The translations under genes and the position numbers were made by a program. From Octopus vulgaris (lineage: Eukaryota): a stretch of DNA of 17,665 bases. The notes below the pieces were generated by a model. The model searched no databases, was not told the origin of the DNA, and saw only the letters and a list, made by a program, of their open reading frames with translations. The DNA lies in NCBI GenBank assembly GCA_951406725.2, contig CATOCA020000047.1, positions 1 to 17,665 on the forward strand. Reading direction: 5' to 3'. Shown here in pieces: positions 10,443-17,665 of this stretch. Position 1 is the first letter of the stretch. Each line of letters opens with the position of its first letter.

Positions 10443-10627
10443 TTCCTTGTTATTATCATGTTGTGTAGCGGTGGTTCAGTAGATTTTGTTCAACACGTTT
10501 AGTTCGCTAGTTCTGTTTTGTCCTATAGTGTTCTGAATCACAATGTCATTTGTGGGTGGAATTTCTTCGTTAATAAATACATTTTTTTCATTTGTAGCTT
10601 TGTGGCTATCAGTCAATACTTTTTTTT

Positions 10628-11038
10628 GGATCTTTTCGGTTTGAACGGCAGTTTTTTCTAGCGGTGTCATATAAAATTGTCACCTATAATTATGACCCTA
10701 GTATCGATCTATTGCATTTCAATCTGTTTTAGGGTTAGGGGTGGGGGGAAGGGTATCTTTTTTTCTTCACAAATGTAAATAAACCCAATCTGTTTGTTAA
10801 ACGAGGGACATATTCATACGCCACAGAATGTTATTTACCTCAATGGACGTCATTGATTGGTTGAAATTGCAGAAATTGAAGAAAAAGACAACAAATATCT
10901 TACAAAACTATAGAATTTTCTCAATAAAGCCAAGAGAAAAAGATGTTTTATAAACACATTCTACCAGTATACGAAGTTTAAAATTTTTTAGTTACCTAGA
11001 AATTATGTTAAAAACTGCCGTTCAAACCGAAAAGATCC
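10628..11038. mobile_element. MITE / non-autonomous DNA transposon with perfect 29-bp TIRs
   Basis: GGATCTTTTCGGTTTGAACGGCAGTTTTT (10628-10656) and its reverse complement at 11010-11038; imperfect ~8-bp T-rich TSD (CTTTTTTT versus CTTCTTTT). Confidence 0.88.
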
Positions 11039-11131
11039 CTTCTTTTATATTCGGTGTTGACCCAACGGGCACATTACTCTAATATTTCCATCCTGTTGCT
11101 TCTCTATTGATTCCCAGGTAACGTTTATGTT

Positions 11132-11612
11132 AAGGCGGCGAGCTGGCAGAATCGTTAGCACGCCGGGCGAAATGCTTAACGGTATTTCCTCTGTCTACGT
11201 TCTGAGTTCGAATTTCGCTGAGGTCGTCTTTGCCTTTCATCCATTCTGGGTCGATTAAATAAGTACCAGTTACGCACTGGGGTCGATGTAATCGGCTTAA
11301 TCCGTGTGTCTGTCCTTGTTTGTCCCCTCTGTGTTTAGCCCTTTGTGGGTAGTAAAGAAATAGGTATTTGCCAGCCACTACGTTCTGAGTTCAAATTCTG
11401 CCGAGGTTGACTAAGTACCAGTTACGCACTGGGGTCGATGTAATCGGCTTAATCCGTGTGTCTGTCCTTGTTTGTCCCCTCTGTGTTTCATCCATTCTGG
11501 GTCGATTAAATAAGTACCAGTTACGCACTGGGGTCGATATAATCGATTTAATCCGTTTGCCTGTCCTTGTTTGTCCTCCATGTGTTTAGCCCCTTGTGGG
11601 TAGTAAAGAAAT
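11132..11612 (+). mobile_element. SINE family B1 with internal duplications (one full unit plus two partial units)
   Basis: Full unit at 11132-11362, restart at GGTATTT 11363, further restart near 11488; TSD AGGTARCGTTTATGTT at 11116-11131 and 11613-11628. Confidence 0.93.
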
Positions 11613-11936
11613 AGGTAGCGTTTATGTTTTTAATGCTGTTGATATTGCCGGATTGAATGGTACTGTCCAGGTGTCAAAAACCATAGACAGCTTAAGTTGG
11701 GAATGTATGTTTGATATGCTTCTTTGTGAAGCTTTTATAACTTGAGCTTTCGTTATTCTGAGTTGTCCTTCATCCTTGCACAGTTGAACATGTTTTAATG
11801 TTCATGGTTTACAGTGATAGCACATATCGATATTGCTTGATTGACTTCATGGATAATCTTATGTTAGGATAATATATGGTTGATGATTTCTAGTTTAGGA
11901 AGTTTTATCACACACACACACACACACAACTATATA

Positions 11937-12171
11937 TTTTTTCTTTACTGCCCACAAGGGGCTAAACGCAGAGGGGACAAACAAGGACAGACAAACGAAT
12001 TAAGTCGATTACATCGACCCCAGTGCGTAACTGGTACTTAATTTATCGACTCCGAAAGGATGAAAGACAAAGACGACCTCGGCGAAATTTGAACTCAGAA
12101 CGTAACGTCAGACGAAATACGGCTACGCATCTCGCCCGGCGTGCTAACGATTCTGCCAGCTCGCCGCCTTA
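11937..12171 (-). mobile_element. SINE family B1, full length
   Basis: TSD ACACACAACTATATA at 11922-11936 and 12172-12186. Confidence 0.95.
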
Positions 12172-12494
12172 ACACACAACTATATACAGCTATACGGTAT
12201 ATATGCATGTATATATGTATCTCCTCTATGAGTACGCCTTAACTGTCTCATCTTGGTCTTAATTTTACGTATATTTTTAATAGGTCTTTCCTTTATGTTC
12301 TGGTACCAGATGGATGTCATTTGATGTTGCATATAACTACAGCACTTGATACCCTTTTTGTAGTTTTAAAAACACAATTCTATGCTAGCAATCTACTGCC
12401 ATTGACAATTCACTTTTAACATATCGTGTCCCTTCGTGTCGTGTCGATAGTAAACTTGTGATACCCAACTCTATTTAATTGTTGGACACGATTT

Positions 12495-12914
12495 CATACT
12501 CTTTTATACTCTTCTGCTTGTTTCAGTCATTTGACCGTGGCCATGCTGGAGCACCGCCTTTAGTCGAGCAAATCGATCCCAGGACATATTTTTTGTAAGC
12601 CTAGTACTTATTCTATCTGTCTCTTTTGCCGAACTGCTAAGTTACGGGGACGTAAACACACCAGCATCGGTTGTCAAGCGATGTTGGGGGGACAAACACA
12701 GACACACAAACATATACACACACATACATATATATATACGACGGGCATACACTACAACAGTCTTTCAGTTTCCGTCTACCAATCCACTCACAAGGCTTTG
12801 GTTGGCCTGAGACAATAGTAGTAAGACACTTTCCCATGGTGTCACGCAGTGGGGCTGAACCCGGAACCATGTGGTTCGTAAGCAAGCTACTTACCACACA
12901 GCCACTCCTACGCC
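12495..12914 (-). mobile_element. SINE family C, full length
   Basis: Reverse complement of 13170-13593; flanked by a 34-bp imperfect direct repeat. Confidence 0.93.
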
Positions 12915-13084
12915 TATATACCTAACTCTATGTAATTGTTGAACATGATTTGATATAATATCTATGTAAGGATCGAAACCCTGTCGTCAAGAATTCAGTA
13001 CTACTCAACGACACCCTATTATACATACATGCACACCCTTATAGATGACGAACAAACAGAGAATATTAAAAAAAAGGAAAAAGC

Positions 13085-13156
13085 ACGAGAGTAGTATAGT
13101 GGTAAGTATCCCCGCCTGTCACGCGGGAGACCGGGGTTCGATTCCCCGCCGGGGAG
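13085..13156 (+). pseudogene. tRNA-Asp(GTC) copy with a non-pairing 5' acceptor strand
   Basis: 13091-13156 matches canonical metazoan tRNA-Asp: D arm, anticodon arm CCCGC-CTGTCAC-GCGGG (GTC at 13118-13120), T arm CGGGG-TTCGATT-CCCCG. Positions 1-7 (ACGAGAG) do not pair with CCGGGGA except at G7. There is no CCA and no T4 terminator. Confidence 0.85.
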
Positions 13157-13169
13157 GCTGCTTTCCTTA

Positions 13170-13593
13170 GACGCAGGAGTGGCTGTGTGGTAAGTAGCTT
13201 GCTAACCAACCACATGGTTCCGGGTTCAGTCCCACTGCGTGGCACCTTGGGCAAGTGTCTACTACTATAGCCTCGGGCCGACCAAAGCCTTGTGAGTGGA
13301 TTTGGTAGACGGAAACTGAAAGAAGCCCGTCGTATATATGTATATATATATATATATATGTGTGTTTGTGTGTCTGTGTTTGTCCCCCTAGCATTGCTTG
13401 ACAACCGATGCTGGTGTGCTTATGTCCCCGTTACTTAGCGGTTCGGCAAAAGAGACCGATAGAATAAGTACCGGGCTTACAAAAAGAATAAGTCCCGGGG
13501 TCGAGTTGCTCGATTAAAGGCGGTGCTCCAGCATGGCCGCAGTCAAATGACTGAAACAAGTAAAAGAGTAAAAGAGTAAAGAGATTAAAAGAG
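13170..13593 (+). mobile_element. SINE family C, full length
   Basis: A and B boxes, internal TA/TG microsatellite, (TAAAAGAG)n tail. Confidence 0.95.
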
Positions 13594-14215
13594 TTAAAAA
13601 AAAAAGAAAAATAATGTAGAATCTTGGATACAGAGAGAATACGATAAATACTTGAAAATGGATGCGCAAAAATAAGAATTAATGTTTCTGCTGAAGAATT
13701 ACACCAGAGGAATAAAAATCGTTCGATGACTCAAAATAAAAGAGGGAGATCAATGGATATATCGGAAAAACTTGTCGGCTGATTATAACTCTATATCTCC
13801 AATTTCCCTGGGGAGTGTATCGCGAAGAGACTGGTTAACTGTTTGAAGTTGGGAGAACATCCAGTAACTAGGTATTTAACCTAATTCATTGTCACTAGAT
13901 ATTATATATATATCTGATACCCTTGCAAAGAATATAAACCGCTGCCATAATTATGCACAAAAATCTCTTATTATCTTGCATTATTGTAAACTGTTTTCTA
14001 TTCTAACATTGTTTTCTTGAATTTTCTTTCTATGAAGAGAAATGGGGAAAAAACGTTAGAACTTAAGCTTATCACAAAAGAGAATTTAACCTCTTTCACC
14101 GACATTAAAACCAAACAATGGCTTTCTTAATGGAGACTAAAAACCATTTCCAGGAAATCTTTTGTTTTAGTACCACGTTAATATTTTCTGTTTTTACGTT
14201 GTTTTTTTTTTAACA

Positions 14216-14376
14216 TAAAGCGGCAAGCTGCTAGAATCGATAGCACGCTCTTCAAAATGCTTAGCGGCATTTCGTCCGTTTTTATGTTCTAAATTCAAAT
14301 TCTTTTGCTTTCCATCATTTCGGGGTCGATAAAATAAATACCAGTGGAACACTGGGTCGATGTAATCGACTTAGCC
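14216..14376 (+). mobile_element. Old SINE family B (probably B2) copy, truncated at a MITE
   Basis: Diverged B head and GGGGTCGATAAAATAA...GGGTCGATGTAATCGACTTA core. Confidence 0.8.
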
Positions 14377-14382
14377 TATTAA

Positions 14383-14601
14383 CCCTTTAGTATTTAAACC
14401 GGCCTTATCTGGCCAAAATAGTTAATCTGTTTTATGTTCAAACTGACCAGATTCAGGCTCTCACACCTACCCTACAATGTTACTCTATATTAGGTAGTTA
14501 CACCATCAAGATCTTGAAGATATGAGATAATGCATGATTAATTCAAATCAATGGGAATCAATAAGCATTATGTTTGATAGGATAATCTGAACACTGAAGG
14601 G
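14383..14601. mobile_element. piggyBac-like MITE
   Basis: TTAA-CCCTTTAGTATTTA ... TGAACACTGAAGGG-TTAA; TTAA at 14379-14382 and 14602-14605; TIRs 11/14 identical. Confidence 0.75.
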
Positions 14602-14644
14602 TTAATATTTACTATTAACATTTTCTTTTTGTTTTGTTTTTACA

Positions 14645-14853
14645 TAAGGCGGTGAGCTGGTAGAAACGATAACACACCGGCCAAGATGTTTAGCGGCATC
14701 CCATCGGTCTTTACGCTCTGAGTTCAAATTCCACCGAGGTCGACTTTGCCTTTCATCCTTTCGGGATCGATGTTGAACACTGGAAGTTTATGTTATCGAC
14801 TTACCCCACCCTGAAATTGCTGGCCTTGAGCCAGAATTTGAAATCCAGTATAT
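14645..14853 (+). mobile_element. SINE family B2 (B head and core with an alternative tail)
   Basis: The tail CCCCACCCTGAAATTGCTGGCCTTG.GCCAGAATTTGAAA differs from the B1 tail. A further very decayed copy probably follows at about 14865-15010. Confidence 0.8.
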
Positions 14854-15079
14854 TTTAACATGCTAACCGAAAATGTCTGGTAAAATCGATGGAGTGGCGT
14901 ACAAAATGTTTTGCTCTGTTTAGTAATGATTATTTACATTTGAGTTCAAATTTAGCTGAGGACCCACTTAGCTTTTCTCATTCCGTCGTCCATAAAATAA
15001 TTGCTAGTTATTGCTGTTAATTTGTCATCAAAAACATTCGAGCTACAACCATCTCGATTTGTTTTAGGTATTGTGTATG

Positions 15080-15410
15080 CTCTGGAGGCGCAATGGCCCA
15101 GTGGTTAGGGCAGCGAACTTGCGGTCGGAGGATCACGGTTTCGATTCCCAGACCGGGCGTTGTGTGTGTTTATTGAGCGAAAACACCTAAAGCTCCACGA
15201 TGCTCCGGCAGGGGATGGTGGCGACCCCTGTTGTACTCTTTCGCCCCAACTTTCTCTCACTCTTTCTTCCTGTTTCTTGGGTAACGCTGCGATGGACTGG
15301 CGTCCCGTCCACCTGGATGGGGTGGGGGTGGGGGACACATACGCCACAGAAACCGGGAAACCGGGCCCATGAGCCTGGCTAGGCTTGAAAAGGGCGCATA
15401 ACTAAATAAA
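15080..15410 (+). mobile_element. SINE family A' (A head and body, different 3' half)
   Basis: Matches the 7508 copy up to TCCTGTTTCT (~15277), then has an unrelated tail; TSD TATTGTGTATG at 15069-15079 and 15411-15421. Confidence 0.9.
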
Positions 15411-15437
15411 TATTGTGTATGGTGGGCTATTGTCTAA

Positions 15438-15853
15438 TACTCTCTCTTTTACTTGTTTCAGTCATTTGACTGCGGCCATGCTGGAGCACCGCTTTTAGTC
15501 GAGCAAATCGACCCTGGGACTTATTCTTTGTAAGCCCAGTACTTATTCTATCGGTCTCTTTTGCTGAACCGCTAAGTGACGGGGACGTGAACACACCAGC
15601 ATCGGTTGTCAAGCAATGCTAGGGGGACAAACACAGACACACAAACATATACACACACACTTATATATATATATATATATATACATATATACGACAGGCT
15701 TCTTTCAGTTTCCGTCTACCAAATCCACTCACAAGGCATTGGTCGGCCCGGGGCTATAGCAGAAGACACTTGCCCAAGATGCCACGCAGTGGGACTGAAC
15801 CCGGTACCATGTGGTTGGTTAGCAAGCTACTTACCGCACAGCCACTCCTGAGC
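15438..15853 (-). mobile_element. SINE family C, full length
   Basis: Reverse complement of 13170-13593. Confidence 0.95.
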
Positions 15854-16030
15854 AATTTTCTTTAAAAAATAAAAAGATGCAAGGGTGATTTGGAAAAGAA
15901 GAATTGTTTCTTATTTCTAACAGATCAGTCGACCTCGTTGAAGGATCCTTGTTGCTTTGAATGAATGCTTATTTCTTTGGTAGATTTAATTATCCTGCGC
16001 AGATCTATCCTGACCTGTTATATTGTGCCA

Positions 16031-16249
16031 ATATTGCTTTCAAATTTTGACACAAGGTCAGAATTTTGTGAGAAGAGTTAAGTCGGTTACATCAACCCCA
16101 GCGTTCATCTGGTACTTACTTTATTGACTCCCGAAAGGATGACAAGTAAAGTCGACCTCGGGGGAATTTGAACTCAGAACGTAAAGTCGAATGAAATGCC
16201 GCGAAGCATTTTGCCCAGTGCGGTAACGATTCTGCCGGCTCGCTGTCTT
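16031..16249 (-). mobile_element. SINE family B2
   Basis: Reverse-complement match to 14645-14853, including the tail. Confidence 0.82.
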
Positions 16250-16255
16250 GTATTG

Positions 16256-16435
16256 TGTAGCATTTTGCTCGTCTTTACGTTCTGAGTACCTGTTTCACCG
16301 TGGTTGACGTTGCCGATCGTCCTTTCGGGGTCGATAAAATAAGTACCAGTTGAATACTGAGGTCGATGTAATCGACTTATCCCCCCCCCTCCACCCAAAT
16401 TGTTGGCTTTGTGCCAAAATTTAAAAAGAAATATT
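16256..16435 (+). mobile_element. SINE family B2, 5'-truncated
   Basis: Core CCTTTCGGGGTCGATAAAATAAGTACCAG and B2 tail GGCTTTGTGCCAAAATTT. Confidence 0.82.
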
Positions 16436-16442
16436 TCTAAAT

Positions 16443-16830
16443 GAAAGCGGGTACTGAGTTGCAGAATCTGTCACGCGAGTGACAAAATGCCTTATATTTC
16501 GTTGCCGCTCTTAATGCTCTGAGTTCAAATTAATCCGGGATCCACTTTATCTTTTATACTTCCTTGGTCAATAGAATATAATACCAGTTTAATACCATAG
16601 GCAATTTCGTCGACTGTATTCCTCCCATAAATTTGAGTGCATGTTCGTTTACCAGAAATCGATATGAATTTATGAAACGTTAAGTTTTCAGTTCAAATCT
16701 CACTAGGTTTTTAAAAAATTTTCTATTTAATTATTTATTTATATATTTATTCATTTTCCTTATCGAATTTCTAGAATCAATAAGAGAACCAATCAAGTAT
16801 CGCGGTCGTTTCAATCGATTAAGCATTTAT
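16443..16830 (+). mobile_element. Very decayed B-family SINE remnants (probably two)
   Basis: Residual (G)AGTTCAAAT B boxes at about 16521 and 16690 with faint core similarity. Confidence 0.45.
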
Positions 16831-16949
16831 TAAGAATTTCACAGATTTTCGAGAGCACGTGAAAAAACATATTGGGCTCGTGTACAACGAAGCGCATTTG
16901 ACCTTTTCTATAACAAAAAGGGTCTTTCAACGCAATATTTACTGGGTAT

Positions 16950-17460
16950 TATTCGTAGCTTTATGAGTTTGGTGTCCCAACTTCATGGATTTGGGTTAAG
17001 CTTGCTTGGTGAGGTGGGTGTTTATTGGGCACCCTGCGGGATGAAAAACCCAACCCGTCAAAGGGCGGAGGAACTCTTGAGAGTCAACGGCCATCCAATA
17101 AATGTCTTAAGACTGGATCATGCGCAGGGACATAGAAATAATCGGAGTGAATACCCGATCGCGCAGTTAAACCATTGGGAGTGAAGGACTCCTAGCCTTT
17201 GTTAGGGCATCCTTCGAGGAGAAAGTAACACAGGTAACTGGGATAACTCCGATATAAAACCTGCGGCTCAGTGGTTACCGATGATGTTGACTTGTTCTTC
17301 TTTTGGGATTATGGCTGCTGTTGCTTAGTGGGTGGGATTGACTCAGTGCACAGCCTTTCCTCACTTTAAAAGAAATCTTCTTGCACAGGCATTGCACGAT
17401 AACAACATTGATTAAGTTTCGTGCAATGGCCATACTCGATAACAAGGGGTCAGCCACCAT
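16950..17460 (+). mobile_element. Unclassified GC-richer structured element, possibly an RTE-type LINE 5' UTR
   Basis: Composition shift, many short inverted repeats and no convincing ORF. GGGCATCC..GGAGAAAG..AACTC..AAACC resembles RTE 5' UTR motifs from memory only. Confidence 0.35.
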
Positions 17461-17665
17461 GTATGTATGTATGTTTGTATGTATATATGTATGTATATAT
17501 GTATGTATATATGTATTTATATATGTATGTATTTATATATGTATATATGTGCATGTATGTCTATGTATGTATGTATATGTATGTATATGTATGTATTTGT
17601 ATGTGTATGTATGTGTATGTATATGTATGTGTATGTATATCTATGTATATGTATATGTATGTATA
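17459..17665. repeat. Imperfect (ATGT)n/(AT)n microsatellite
   Basis: Direct inspection. Confidence 0.95.

Noticed and set aside
10476-10670. 64-aa ORF on the minus strand
   Set aside because: It starts inside the MITE and crosses its TIR boundary, so it is a chance fusion.
7018-11612. Repeated GGGGTCGAT units as a CRISPR-like array
   Set aside because: They are internal SINE motifs with non-unique spacers in a eukaryotic context, with no cas genes.
12965-12990. CGAAACCCTGTC resembling a hammerhead 3' half
   Set aside because: No CUGANGA lies upstream at a suitable distance.
13085-13156. Functional tRNA-Asp gene
   Set aside because: The acceptor stem cannot form and there is no oligo-T terminator; recorded as a pseudogene unless raw reads show an assembly error.
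13620-13780. Possible second decayed Dong-like RT fragment (DKYL...KNYTRGIKIV)
   Set aside because: The similarity is too faint to support without an alignment.
7118-16398. Recurrent similar short ORFs (such as MSSNARGTNTDTQT and MAQWL) suggesting a gene family
   Set aside because: They all lie within SINE copies, and the frames are not conserved between copies.
17330-17450. HDV-like ribozyme around TTCCTCAC
   Set aside because: P1, P1.1 and P2 could not be paired consistently, and the GG needed for P1.1 is missing.

Overview
AT-rich eukaryotic non-coding DNA built almost entirely from nested transposable elements and microsatellites. The SINE repertoire and microsatellite density look cephalopod, probably octopus; this is my inference and was not searched. 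No host protein-coding gene is recognisable: the supplied ORFs are microsatellite or SINE read-throughs, or LINE remnants. Contents: about 20 tRNA-derived SINE copies in several families (my labels A, A', B1, B2, C, D), a decayed R4/Dong-like RLE LINE ending in (TAA)n with three younger inserts, a decayed Penelope-like element, three RTE 3' fragments, three MITEs (two with GG termini, Merlin-like; one TTAA piggyBac-like), and a tRNA-Asp(GTC) copy lacking its 5' acceptor strand that is fused to a SINE. The most interesting signals are a near-canonical type I hammerhead ribozyme (1412-1479, minus strand), the tRNA-Asp::SINE chimera, a MITE carrying three CRE palindromes, SINE module swapping with a recurrent dimer junction, and a highly structured ~500-nt element at the right end.
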